From the NCBI RefSeq assembly GCF_009914755.1, contig NC_060925.1: a stretch of 64,000 nucleotides of DNA; one strand, given 5' to 3'. The notes beneath the pieces were generated by a model, which worked only from the letters and a program-made list of their open reading frames with translations, was not told the origin of the DNA and searched no databases. The DNA comes from the human T2T-CHM13v2.0 reference genome, Homo sapiens. The position numbers and the translations under genes are program-made. Positions 1 to 15,301 of the stretch are shown here, piece after piece; within the stretch, counting starts at the first letter, position 1, and every line of letters begins with the position of its first letter.

Positions 1-592
1 TTACTGATGAGTAAGGAAAGACTGAAAGGAAAGGAATTTTGGGTTATCCTATCTTTCCCTTTTCTTCTATATCATAATAATCAGCATAAGTGGTTGGCTA
101 ATACAGAGAAGAAACATGAGTGAGAAAGAATATGGTAGGTCTTCTTGGTCATTCATTTTTCTTAGAATGTCACTGCCGTCTTTCTGCATTAGAAGAAAGT
201 TCTGGTTTGAACCAAAATAGCATGTTCTTTCCAGGCTGTCAGGACCCTACTTAGTCATAGACATAATACGCTTACCTTTACACTTGCTTTGAGTATTGCT
301 CAACTTAGTTGCATCATGGGCCTACCACATACTGCACTCATGAGGCATTGTGACCTCTATATGTAAATGGCAAGGCAAGGAATAGCAGACAACTTATTGC
401 ATGTTTCTCTTCTACTCATGATGCACATGCTCAATTATCCCATCAGACTTCATTTGCAAAACAAAAATTAGAAAATAAAATTATGAAGAAATCCAGAATG
501 GCTACAACAGAGCATCAAACCAAGCATGAAGCCCTTCTGAGCTCAGGGCCCTGTGTCACTGCAAAGGTGGCCCAGCCATGAAGTTAACCCTT
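1..592 (-). mobile_element. MER45-family (hAT-Tip100) DNA transposon, probably MER45B; runs off the left edge
   Basis: 475-592 is the reverse complement of the MER45 terminus as I recall it (...agagcatcaaaccaagcatgaagcccttctgagctcagggccctgtgtcactgca...ccatgaagttaaccct). Confidence 0.7.
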
Positions 593-1570
<978 letters not shown>

Positions 1571-1796
1571 CCACTGGGTTTGGTTATTTAATACTTTAAG
1601 ATTTTTATATCTGTGTTCAGAGTGAAATTGGCTTATGGTATTCTTTCTGATTTCCTTCATTCAGTGTTGAAACAAGGACTTTCTTCATAAAACAAGCTGT
1701 ACAGCTTTTGCCATATTATAGTGTCCTCAATGTTGATTAGTTCTAAGTGTTACAAATTCTAAGTGTACATTTCTGTTCTAAGCATAATTTCTATAA

Positions 1797-2202
1797 TGTG
1801 GTAATTATTACTGCTTTTCATCAAATATATCTGGCTGTCTCCTTTCTGAGTTCATGGTAGAATTGCATTTCTTCACATCTTTTGAAGTTAGATATAGACA
1901 TGTGATTTCTTTTGGCTGTGTGAAGTATGAGAGGAATTGACATCAGTTCTGGACAGAAATATTAATGGTGAGTTTAAGTCACCATGATCTTTGTACCCTG
2001 CCATAGCAATTGAGGAATTCGGAAGATGAAACCTCCCTCAACCTGGCTCCCTAGGTGAAGATGACTTAGAGAGGAGACCCTTGTCAGCCCATGATGGCTA
2101 TGTTATAACATGAATAAAAATCAAAAGTTTGTTCTTTCAAGCAACTGAGATTTGGCAGGTACTTTTTATCTCAACACAGCCTAGTTTATTCTGACTGAAA
2201 CA
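1797..2202 (+). mobile_element. MLT1-type (ERVL-MaLR) solo LTR
   Basis: TG...CA termini; 3' signature aagcaactgagatttgg...cacagcctagtttattctgactgaaaca. Confidence 0.7.
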
Positions 2203-2484
2203 GCTTGTGATTTTCTTCCTATCTCAAGAATTATTTAGTAATATGTTATATGCTTGCCATGCATATGGGCTGTTTTTAAAGTTATTGTTTATTTTATTGT
2301 ATTATGGTCTTAAAATATAGTCTGTATGATTCTTGTTCTTTGGGATAAAATTGAATATTCATTTGTTTTAGTACATGATATATTTTTGTAAATATCCCAT
2401 GTGTGCTATAAAAATATATGATTCCTGTTTATTGGGAGTTGAGTTTTATGTATACAGATAGTATGTATATATATAGTGATTTGA

Positions 2485-2528
<44 letters not shown>

Positions 2529-3800
2529 GAGTTCAAGGTGGTTTCTTGTAGGTGTCCCACGTGTCTGCTCATTTTTTGTCTTCTGGAGCCGTCAATTTCT
2601 GGGAGACGTGTTAAAATCTCCAGTTACAATTCAGATAGTTGTTAATGCTCGCATGTTGGCACTATGTCTTAGGTCTACACATGTTAATATTAATTGTGTC
2701 ATCTTTTTCTACTGTTTTGTTACTGAGTATAACATTCTTCTTTGTTCTTTATGATATCTTGCCCTACATTTTCTTTTAAAGTTTATAAAGTTTGTTACTT
2801 TTATTTTTGTCTTATTTGTGGCTAGTACATCTTTTTCCATTCTTTTATTTCTACCATTTTTATATTCTTTTGTTTGAACCATGTCTTTTGTAGCCATAAA
2901 TTGTTAGATTTGCTTAATTTTAGCCAGTATGAGGATCTCTTTTTTTACTTAGTTATTGATATCATTGGGACTATTTCTGCCATCAAATTTCATATTTTCC
3001 ATTTATTGCACTTTAATTTTTTAAAAGAATTACATTCCTGCTTTCAATTCAATCTACTAAATTTTATTCTTCTTGTTTAAAAGTTATATACTGTGTTCTT
3101 TTCTTTTTTTAAAAATGAGTATTCTTAACTCAAGATCCATTCCCATGTTTATTTTCTCTATAGATTTCTTAAGTTCATCTATATCTATATCTATACCTAA
3201 CAATGTAAATATCTTGGCATGTCTTACCAACCATGCAAAAACTCTTCCCCAATGCTCACCTCATGATAGTAATTTGTTTAAAATGTTAGTTTTAACTGTT
3301 ATGAATTTTCTTCCTCTCTCTGGCTCTCAATTTTGTAGTTTAGATAAGCCATTTAGTGACCTTTAATTCTCATATCTCTTACAGCATCCTCCTGATTTAT
3401 CTTTTTATTTTTATTTGCATATTTTCTTTAGTAATTTCTTTGAAAGTGAGAATTTATATAAAAACTTTTCTAAAGCCCATATGCCTGAGAATATTTTTAA
3501 TTACATCCTCATTTTTAAATGACAATATTGCTGAATGTAAAATTTAAGATTCTAGGTTTTTTCCTTAAAAAAGTTATCTATTTCTTGCATCCATGTTGGT
3601 GCCAAGTAATATGAATTACATTCTTTTTCCTGTGTAAATTATTTTCTCTTAATCTTTGAAACATTTTGAATAGTCTATCTTTTATATTCTTATATTTCAT
3701 TATAATGAAATATAAGAATTTCTCCCCTCTTTATTTTTTATATTTTGGCACTCTCATTATCTGTACCCTGATACTTCTGCTTATATCCTCCACATCTTTT
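2203..3800 (-). mobile_element. Degenerate L1ME fragments, containing a (TG)n tract at ~2492-2523
   Basis: Antisense L1 phrases (tttttgtaaatatcccatgtgtgct; gtgttaaaatctccagttacaatt; tttgtggctagtacatctttttccattc). Confidence 0.6.
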
Positions 3801-3811
3801 AGCCTTTCTTC

Positions 3812-4157
3812 TATTCTTCTATTTTCTTTTCTTTTCTTTTCTTTCTTTCTTTCTTTTTTTTTTTTTTTTTTTGAGACAGAGTCTCACTCTGTCGCCCAGG
3901 CTGGAGCGCAGTGGCGCGATCTCGGCTCACTGCAAGCTCTGCCTCCCGGGTTCACGCCATTCTCCTGCCTCAGTCTCCTGAGTTGAGTAGCTGGGACTAC
4001 AGGCACCTGCCACCACACCCAGCTAATTTTTGTATTTTTAGTAGAGACGGGGTTTCACCACGTTAGCCAGGATGGTCTCGATCTCCTGACCTCGTGATCC
4101 GTCCACCTCGGCCTCTCAAAGTACTGGGATTACAGGCGTGAGCCACCGCACCCGGCC
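3812..4157 (-). mobile_element. AluY with compound (TTTTC/TTTC/T)n tail
   Basis: AluY diagnostics (gcaagctc..., gggttcacgccattctcc, gttagccaggatggtctcgatctcctgacctcgtgatcc); TSD tagcctttctt on both sides. Confidence 0.97.
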
Positions 4158-5563
4158 TAGCCTTTCTTTTATGTTTTTCATTCCATTCTTATTACCTTCT
4201 GAAATAGCCTTTCAATCTGATCACCTGAATATCTATTAATCCCAAAGCTTTACCCATTCTGTTGTTTATTCCTTCTATTGGATTCCTTATTTCACTGATT
4301 ACATTTTTTTAAACTTTATCATTTCCACCTGGTTTTTGTTATGACCTTTTGTCCCTTATTTATATTATTAAGATCTTACTTTATCTCTTGAATTATTTTA
4401 TTGCATTCATATTTACATTATTGCTGTGTCAATCCTTATTCTGTTTCACGAGTTATCTGTTCTTTGGTTGGTTGTTTTTATTTCCTAGTGAGTGCATTCC
4501 TTAGGTAAATAAATATATCGGTCCAAAAGCCTGTTCCCCAGAGTGTGTTGCCTGCTCAATCAAGTAGGATGCTTCAGAGAAGGACTGAGGGTTAATTCTT
4601 GGTATGTTTCTTTCTCCCTGTAAATTAAAAGAGAGGGAAGGTGATGAGATCCAGTTTGGAGAGCTCTTGGCACTGTGAACCCATTACCAACCACCTCCAT
4701 TTGTTTCCTCTTAGTCCGCCAAACTAATCCTCTGTTCCTTGTTTTATTTTTAGTCATTCATACAGTGACTTGATACTTTACCAAGGCTAGCGATTCAGAT
4801 GAGAAAGAGGTATAGGGGTGAATGCTCAAGGGTAGAGAGTAAGACATCATCTGTTTTCATCAGCTCATCACCTAGCAAAGCTTTTATACTACCCTGATAG
4901 TACCTTGACAAGTGGTCAGGTCTGTCATTGCTGATTTTGAAGCTACAAGGCATCCAATGAGTCTCCTAGGCAAAAGGAGGACTTGAAAACCCTTTTGAAA
5001 ATAACCCTCACAGCTACTATATGCAACTCTCCATTCAAGGCTGTAGCCACCTACTCCTGTGTACCACACACACCAATTGATAGGCTTTGTTACTCCCCAT
5101 AGTTTTCTTTAGAGCTTCCTATTTTGTGTGTTTGTTTAAGTTTCCTGAGAGCCATGCTCCCATTTTACTTCCGTGGTTTTCACCCTGTTGATTTGGAGAG
5201 GGACAGGCAGGAATCCATGCTAGTTTGCCATTTTTTCAGAAATGAAGAAACATCCTTTTTTCATTTACTAATTTCTGCACCCTGAGTTGATTCCCCTGTG
5301 TCTTTTCTCTTTTCTATTTAATTTTTTATTTTTGTAAAAGACACATACCGTAATTTATCATTGTAAGTCTATAGTTCTGTGGCACATTTACATTGTTATG
5401 AAATCTTTCTATGACTTTATGCCATATCTAAACTTCAAAATTTCTTAATTTATAGTAACCACATGTTTAAATTCTAGGATATATTTTAAATCATTTTAAT
5501 CTTGTTTAATGGATGCACTACCATCTCAGAACTCTCTGAATAACCAATTAGAGATGATTTCTT

Positions 5564-7073
<1,510 letters not shown>

Positions 7074-7770
7074 GAAAAGTCTGCAACTTTCACGCAAAAG
7101 TCAGTACAAGTAAACATTTGCACCTAAATACTTCAATATACAAATAAAGGACTAGGGATGAGGGTTGGTTAGAACCAATAAAAACTTTATTTACCTAAGA
7201 TTGGTAGAGGGGGCAAAAAATGATCAATTTCTTTTCTGTGAATTTAATTCTTTTTGGCCAGCAATGGTATTTACTGAATTAGGTAATGTCATTGTCATTT
7301 TGCCCACAGAAAAAAGTCTATGCTATAGAGGTTCCAAATATTTCTTACCTAAAGTCTAAATTCTTAGTGTTTGAATTTCAGTCTTTCTATTTTCTGCCCT
7401 TATATTTAAAATGTATAGTTTGTAAACAAAACATAGCCCTTTTTTTCTCATCTAGTCTAAAAGTTTAGGCTTTCATTTGGAGTATTTATCCCATTTACAT
7501 TTAATATAATTACTCATTTATTTGGGTTTATACATAGCATTATATTTTGTATTTGAACTTGAATTGTCTTCTTTGCACTCCCTTTTCCCTCTTTCTTGTA
7601 TTGTTTAAATGAATTGGATTTTAAAAAAATTATTTCAGATAATGAACAGACACAAATCACAAAACAGTAAAGAAAACAACCATCATGAAAGACACCAAGA
7701 AAAACAAATAGAACAGGAGAAAGTGAGAGAGTTCTGAGAAGAGAAAAAATATATATTAAGAAATAATCTC

Positions 7771-8116
7771 CAGCATCACACTACCTGTCGTAAAATTATG
7801 CTATAAGGCTATTATAGTCAAAAAAGCATGGTATTTCTATAAAAACAAACAGATCAATGGAATGGAATAGAATAGAGAACCCAGAAATAAATTCAGGTAT
7901 CTACAACCAACTGATTTTCAAAGATGTCAAGAACATACAACAAGGTAAGAAAACTGGTGCTGGGAATATTGGATATCCACATGCAGAAAAATGAAACTAT
8001 AACCTTACCTCTCACCCTATACAAAAATTAGCTCAAGATGGATTAAAGACTTAAATATAAGACCCAAAACTATAAAACTACTAAAAGAAAACAGAAAAAA
8101 ACACTTCAGGAACATT
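7771..8116 (+). mobile_element. L1 ORF2 fragment; 5' part of the same L1 as 5564-6766, now inverted
   Basis: agcatcacactacctg...atagagaacccagaaataaa...ggattaaagacttaaatataagacccaaaactataaaactacta...aaacacttcagg; preceded by the TSD-like aagaaataatctc (7758-7770). Confidence 0.9.
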
Positions 8117-9639
8117 CAGTATGTTCCGTTGGATACCTCTTTCTAGTTGATAAAGTGCTTTATATAAACATTATCTCCTTTATTACAGGAGTGATACTTT
8201 GCAGTGAGCAAGGCTGGTAGGATTTCTATTTTACAGATGAGTACATCAAGGCACAGTGGCTTCCTCTTACCACATTGTGGGCAGACTCGGTGCTTGTATA
8301 TGGTCCTTCTGCTGCTCCACAGATATTCACACACTCTCTCTTTGTGAGAAAATGTGATCTCCCTTATCAGTAAGCAAATAAACACAAAACTGGTTCAGTC
8401 TTGCTGGCTCATTTTGGCACATTATTTAGAATGATGGACAACAGACAGAAATGAGTGCCCATAGTGTAGAATCACCCTATAAAAAATACCTGCTTGAATT
8501 AGGGTCAGCTGAGAATTTAGCCTTAGGCCTACAGAAGGGTGTGGGGGAACACAATGGAAGGTGAAGGAAGAGAGAGTGCAACAGGGAAAGAGTGATCTCA
8601 GCAAGAACTATTTCAGGAGCCTCCTTTCCTGTGAGTTTTATTCTACAAGATTATAAAAGCCAACCCCAGGCTGCAGATTTTCAAACAGAAACACAGTCCC
8701 TTGGTTTGCTTTCTGACCTAGTCCTCTTCCATATAACTCAATGTGTCCAACACACAGAGTACAAAAGTTACATTTCTTGGAACAAAATCACACACAAAAA
8801 AAATTTCTGGTCTTTCCCATGCAGTTTGTTTACTGGTCTATGACTGGCTTAATCTTATCAATTCTGCTGAGCAAGAGGCTCTGAACAATCTTCCTGAAGC
8901 TTGTCTCTCAGCAGGCAATTCTCCATTCCTTGCTACCTCATTAATGTCAGAAATCCTGAGGTGAGCTGTTTGCCAAATTGTGGCTCTAAGAATAAAAGTC
9001 GGGGAGGGGAGAGAGGACACACAGAGAGAATGTGCTCCTAATTTCCTGTATATATGCAAATATAGTACCTTTTTTCTCTTATCCCTGCAATCCCTTCAAT
9101 AAAAGGAGGATAGTGCCCCTCAAAGAGAATGCAGCCTAAAGCATGAATTATAATCTTGCAGAGAACAAAAGAAACACAGAGAAAGAAAGGAACAAACAAA
9201 TCCTTGGATGTTACGGCCAAAAGTACTCCAAAGACAGGTCTTTGGACCCAGGATTGACTCCATTCCTCTAAATCCACCTGGGATTGATAGTTGTCTCAGG
9301 GTGAGTGGGGTGGGGTGGGGGGAAGGCGAGGCATGTGTGGGGGTGGGGGCATGGACGTAAAGGGCAGGATGGGGAGAGGGAAGCAAGAAAGAACTGACTG
9401 TCTTGGGTGATATTTGCAATGATGAAGCCCCTAAGCACTGAGAGGATGACAGAGTCATTGTGAAGCAAGGGGAGTCCAGGTAAACATGCCCCTTGAGTAC
9501 CACCATTCCAGTATCCACAGCTGCTCCCGGTGTGGAGGCTGGGCAATGGCTAGTACTCTTAACTGCAATACCAGTGTGAGTGCATTGCTAGGGTGAATCC
9601 AGGATAAATTAGAAAAAAATTGAGTAAGATTGCCTCACT

Positions 9640-9925
9640 ATAATAGCAACAATCAATAATTGTGTAGCTCTTATGATGTATCATAATGTGACATGATGTC
9701 ATAATGTGACACATCATATGATGTCTTTTCTGAAGGTTCTAAGCACCTGTAAAGGTGAATTAGCTCATTAAAAATAATTTTAAGGGAACTCTCTTTTTGT
9801 GGGTGATAAAACTGAGGTGCAGAGAGGTTAAGTAATTTGCCCAAAGGCACACAGCTAGTGGTAGAGCTGGGATTCAAACTCAGGCAGTCTGATGCCAGAG
9901 CATGTGTTCTTAACACCACATTTTA
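9640..9925 (-). mobile_element. MIR
   Basis: MIR core aaactgaggtgcagagaggttaagtaatttgcccaaaggcacacagctagtggtagagctgggattcaaactcaggcagtctga. Confidence 0.85.
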
Positions 9926-10049
9926 CTATCTCTCAAGGCTAAACAAGGTTGTTCATGCCTGTGACATTTAAAATAGTAAAATATTAATAATAAACTTCAG
10001 AAAAAGGGAGAAATATTTGAATAAGTTAAAACCACAGTTTTAAAGGCAT

Positions 10050-10360
10050 GAAAATCTATATTTTAAAATGATATTCAATAGCATAGGAAAGTCTTCACGA
10101 CATAGTATCAAGAGAAAAGGCACAATGTAAAATGACACAGAGTGTTACCCCTGCTTTGCTTAACAACACAGGGTTTTGTACTTATCTCCATATCATCTAT
10201 CTCTGAATGGGTAAGTATAGAAAAACAATACTAGAAAGAAATACACCAAAATATTTACTATGGTTAATCCCAGATAGTAGAATTAGTGGTTTTATTTTCT
10301 TCTTTATACTTTTACATATTTGCCATTTTTTAAAAAACAATCTACATATATTTATAATAG
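10050..10360 (+). mobile_element. L1ME 3' fragment
   Basis: ctagaaagaaatacaccaaaatatttactatggttaatcc...ttttattttcttctttatacttttac. Confidence 0.55.
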
Positions 10361-12107
10361 AGAAAAGATGTGTATAGGGAAATAATGTGGTTGAGTCTGA
10401 TTTCTTCTTTCCCATTAAGTGCATTCCATCCTGAGACATGCTATTCTCAATGCTGGCAGCTCTTCACCATGTTGGGGATGGTGGGGAGGTGGTTCTGCTT
10501 GCACCCCCACCCCTGCTCCCCAGTCTTCTGCATTCCCTCCTCCTTCCAGCTCAGTGCTCTATAAACATTTACCTCAGTCCATGGAAGGGAACCCTGTGGT
10601 GAACTCTGGGATGGTGCAAATTTCTTTCCAGTGATTTTAATCATCCCGTAAATTATGATGTGTTAAAGTTTTGGTTCTGTGTATCAGATTCCTGTTCACA
10701 AAGCAGAGGTGTTACCTAGGGGCTGAGCTAAGATATGCATGAAGATAATTGAAAGATTTGACACAAGTAGTATCAGGTAGCCAATATATTTATATTTAAG
10801 CTGGGAAAAAAATGATATGAAGCCTTTTAATAATAAAAATGCCTATACATAGTTGTTCATTTATAAATGGAAGAATGGGTTATCAGTGAAAATACATCAT
10901 CTGGTCTTTTGCACCCTGGTTTTCATAAAACCATAAATATGGGACAATCTTGCCTTGAATTCTCTGATAAGAGAATATCCATCCTATGTTCTCACTGTCT
11001 GTTGAATGTCTCTTTCTTAAGGAATGAAAAAAGATTATTTAACTGTCTTTGCTATTTGTGGAATTTTCTTTTTGGTTTCATATAATCTAAATTCTTCCTT
11101 CTGTGACTCAAACATGTTTTTCTCTTTTTGTGTATTCAGCAAAAGTATCCCCCAAAGGCAGCTGGCCTTTGGCTCTCTGAGGTGCACTAAGACATTAATT
11201 AATGGATCTGCTCCATGATTCTTTTAATGAGAAATTCAAATACATAAACCTTTAGGATCAAATATGACCCAGAGAGATTCCAGAATTCCCAAGCCACCCA
11301 CAGGGTAGTCTGATGTTTGTTAATGTGACTGTCACCATTCTCCAAATGTCAAAATGGAGGTCCAGGTGAGAAAGAGGAAGATGAGAGGAGCTTGCTAGGG
11401 ACAGATCCTTGGCATGACAGCAAGTTCCCAGCAAACTGGCATCAGTCCTGTTCTTACCAGGGCTCAATCTATTTACCTGGGTCCTGTACCAGATCGGTTG
11501 ACGTCTGAGTATTAAAGAAAAAAAAGAAAAGATTAGGTCCTGGAAGGATTGACTGTGGGTCTGCAGAATTGTTTTCCGTTTACTGGTGTGGCCTAAAGGG
11601 TCCCACACCACCCTGGGGTGACCCAGGTCAGCCTTGACCAGATGTGGGGCCAGCACACCCTGCCTCCAGGCAGCCTATGAACCAAAGTTCTCAGTGCCTT
11701 TTGGGACCAAAGGCATAAATCATTGATTTTCTATGAATTAGGGATTAGTGCTAAATCGTGTGCTTTCTATTAATAGATCTTCATAAATGCTGCAGGTGTG
11801 GCCCGAGCACCTCTTTGAAGTACTGCTTAATCGTCCCCCTTCCAAATCCTCATAATCCAACCCTCATGAAAAACCCTGGGGATTATTGATTGAGGGGGCC
11901 TTGGGGATCCCTAAAGGCACTGCAGCTCAGACACCAGCCTGTCCTGGAGGTGCGGCTGCAGGCTGCACCCGGAATGCATGCCAGGTGTGGCTGGGCTTGC
12001 TGCACCAACCTGGAGGGCCAGGCCAGCTCCTCCCAGGCAGGGACAGGGTGGAGCCCAGGGAGAAGGCACCAAGGTGAGCCATGCCCACTTTAAAGGTAGG
12101 GATTTCT

Positions 12108-12172
12108 ATGCATGTAACAAAATATCACATGTACCCTGTAAATACGTACACGTATTTTTTATCAGTAAAAAA
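12108..12172 (+). mobile_element. Very short L1 3' tip
   Basis: atgcatgtaacaaaatatcacatgtaccctgtaaatacgtacac...taaaaaaa. Confidence 0.7.
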
Positions 12173-12479
12173 AGAGTGGAGGATTTTCCTCTTAATAACT
12201 GTCTTGCTTAAAACAACATTCTTTGGAGCTTATAGTTTGAGATAGGACCTCTTATTTAAATAATTAATTAATCAATTGTAATTAATTTAAATGAAAATAA
12301 TTCAAACAGTTTATTTTCGGTAATTTAAGTACTTTAATTAAATTTAATTCATTTAATTGATTTCATTTACTGTCATAATCTGTGCCTCCTCTTTAAGCCC
12401 AGATCCTTTAGCTGCCCTGTGCTACTTTTCAGTCAGGCCGTGCAGCGCCTTATTTAACAAGATTTTGATATATCCATAC

Positions 12480-12800
12480 AGTCCCCACCTGGAATGTCTT
12501 TCCTTCTCCTCTCTACTTTATGAAATCCTTCTAATTGGTCAAGGTCTGGCTCAAATGTCACCTTTCTTATGAAGCCTTCCCAAGTTCCTGGGATGACTTA
12601 GTCACTTCCCCCTTTCTGTTGCCATTATACTTTGTTCATGCCACTATTTTAGCACTGTTAATGCTTGTATCTGTTACATTAGTATAGTTGTTTATTTGTT
12701 CAACTCATCCCTTATCTCCTGGGTTCCAGGCACTGGGCTGGGTGCTGCAGATACAAAGTTGAACAAGATACAGTGCTTGATTTTGAGGAAATCACAGAGA
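12480..12800. mobile_element. L2 fragments
   Basis: ctcaaatgtcacctttcttatgaagccttccc; ccaggcactgggctgggtgctgcagatacaaagttgaacaagatacag. Confidence 0.55.
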
Positions 12801-14598
12801 TGTGAGGATCCCAAGGTCATGGGGAAAAGATGAAAATTACCAGGTGAGAGGAATATACTAGTTGTTATACTAAAACGTTCTCTGAGGTCTTAGGTAGAGA
12901 GCCACTGGGTTGTAAAAACTTGAGAGCTGTCTTACTGGGGACACCCAGTAGGGTGCTCGCACTCCCCAGTGCTCACTAAATCTCAATGGAATAATTGGTG
13001 CAGTTGAAAGATGCCTGATTAGACTTGAATTTCCAGGTTGGAGTTCCAAGTTGTGCCTCTTAGAAGATGCGTAATGTAATCAGATCATGCAAACACTCTG
13101 TCTTCCTTTCTCATAAATGAAATGGATATAGTAAGAATAATCTTCTTCTAGCACTGTTAGGAGAAGCAAATGAAGAAATGTAAGTAAAGGCAATTTGAAC
13201 CCTCTGGAGGTAAATAAAGGTAATGCCCCCTTGTAAATACTGTTACCTTCGTGACTTAGAGCAATTCTTTCTACTGACAAGGACTCTATACATGAAACCC
13301 TATGGGATTAACTATATGATCTGGAAAGCTAAAACTATGGCTGGAGTTAGGAGAGTCAACAAGGGACAGGAAGGTCCTGTTTGTTTTCACTCCTCCTGGG
13401 CATTGGTCCATATGTTTGCTTGGAGACCATAGGGTTTAGAGATTTGAGATAACTACAAAATCTCTTTAAAGTGCAATTGTTCAGTTCTATTTTATGTATA
13501 ACAGAATCAGTGCACAAAAATATCCACATGTCCTAAGAAGGACTATCCAAATAGCTTTTTTATGGTCTGATGGAAATAACTCCTGTCAGACTCAGAAACA
13601 GGCAGATGTCTGTAGCTGTTAGAGGTGGGCCTTGAAACTTGCTGTCATGTTCAGATTTCTTCTCATTGTCTTTATAACTGTGGTCAGGAATGAACAATAG
13701 CCTGTTAGCATGAGTCTGAGGGTAGATAAATCCATCATTGGTTTGGGCAGCTTTGCATTGCACCATAGTGCTAAAAATCACTAAATTAATCAGCTGGTAG
13801 AAAGACACCCTTGGAGGTGAATGGATGGAAGAAGATGTGAATAGAAAGGAACGCATTTGGACAGGGATCTATTTATCACTCCACCTTAAGTGCTTTGTGG
13901 GCCTATAAAAATATGGAAATGTGTGACAGAGTAGAATAAGCAAGGAAGGGTGGCAAAAGCTTCCAAGGGAAGGAATGATGCTTTTCTTCTCACAGTAAAG
14001 TCCAGTTACATGAAAATGGTTTTGGAAAAATTTTTGACTATCCTTGCCACATGAAATGGCATTTGTTGGATGAGATCATATGCAATGAGAAATAAAACCC
14101 CATTTAGCTTGCAAAAATTAAAACAAAGGCTTTTCAATGAGTTCAGGTGATCCTTGATGTACAATTCTGTCAGAAGCTGAGTTTAGCCTGCATAGTTCAC
14201 TAGCCCCTAAACATCCTTGCCACATGGAGGTGAAGCCAAGAGTCCAGGCAGCCACAGTGAGCTAGCTATGAGGTGCACTGTGGAGTGGAGCAGCACCACT
14301 CAGCACATATCTGGGAAACCACTCCTTTTCCCTACCCATCACTCTGCCTAGCAGGCTGGTACACTTCTCTCTATGACAATATGTCTTCTGGCTTTTGTTA
14401 AGCTGCTCCTTTACCATAAAACAAGAAAGAAGATAAAATACACAAATTCCCTTTGGTTCTGAATCTGAAGAGTGAACTGCCCCATCCTCATGGCTAAATG
14501 TGTGGAAGTAACTGCCCTCTACCTTTTAACTCCTTACTCCTCAAACTGGTATTTTAGGGGTGGCCATGTTGTACCCACTTCCTCAATGTTGCTTACAT

Positions 14599-15301
14599 TG
14601 TTGTGGCTTTTTTTGCTTCAGTAGTTTCACAAGCAGGAGGCCATGGCGCCAAGCAGCTTTTTTGCTTCTGTAGTTGGGCCAGCGGGAGGGGGTGTTATGG
14701 CTTGTTATAGGCTCTTTTGTTCCCACTGCCTGGCAGCCTGGTGAGCCAGCCAGGAGTATCACAGCTCTTTCATTCCCACAGTTCAACAAGTGGGAGGGCC
14801 GGCACCCAATGGCTTCTTCTCTCCCATCATTTGGCAAGCAAGAGGGAGAGTTACAGCTCTTTTACTCCCACTGCCTGTGGCTCAGCGAGTTCCGGGTTCT
14901 TGTCCTGTGACCAAGAGGAATAAGGTATGCAGATACTGGGAGTGAGTAAGGCAGAGGAGGATTTTATTGAGTGAGAGAAGGAAAGTTCTCAGCAGCAAGA
15001 GGGGATCCAAAAGTGGGTTGGCATCTGTGAGGCTGAGTCCAGGGTTTTTATGGGCTTAGAATGGAGGAATGCATGCTGATTGGTCCATGGGTGGTCTTGC
15101 AAAAAGCACCATTTGATTGGTTAAAAGGCATCATTCAGAATAAATCAATCACGAGAGAGTGAGTAAGATGGGGATGGAAGTTCTCACTTTCGACATGGAC
15201 TCCATCCAGAACTGGCAGCTCGGATTTCAGGCTTTAAACTGTCCATGGCTTGAAGGTCGGTTTTTGCTGGCTAGGAATTTGTCTGTCTCCTGTGGCTATC
15301 A
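14599..15301 (-). mobile_element. ERV1-class solo LTR (MER52/LTR27-like)
   Basis: TG...CA ends; the minus strand begins tgatagccacaggagacagacaaattcctag; internal repeated gttacagctctttt...cccac units; polyA signal region ttttattgag. Confidence 0.75.

Noticed and set aside
11880-12090. GC-rich stretch ending in a donor-like AAG/GTGAGC
   Set aside because: CpG-poor, no convincing acceptor and no recognisable peptide; cannot support an exon or CpG island.
12250-12365. AT-rich stretch with apparent palindromes
   Set aside because: Low-complexity AT sequence; the symmetry is expected from composition.
14599-14900. Spaced repeats resembling an array
   Set aside because: They are degenerate internal repeats typical of this LTR family, not CRISPR-like.
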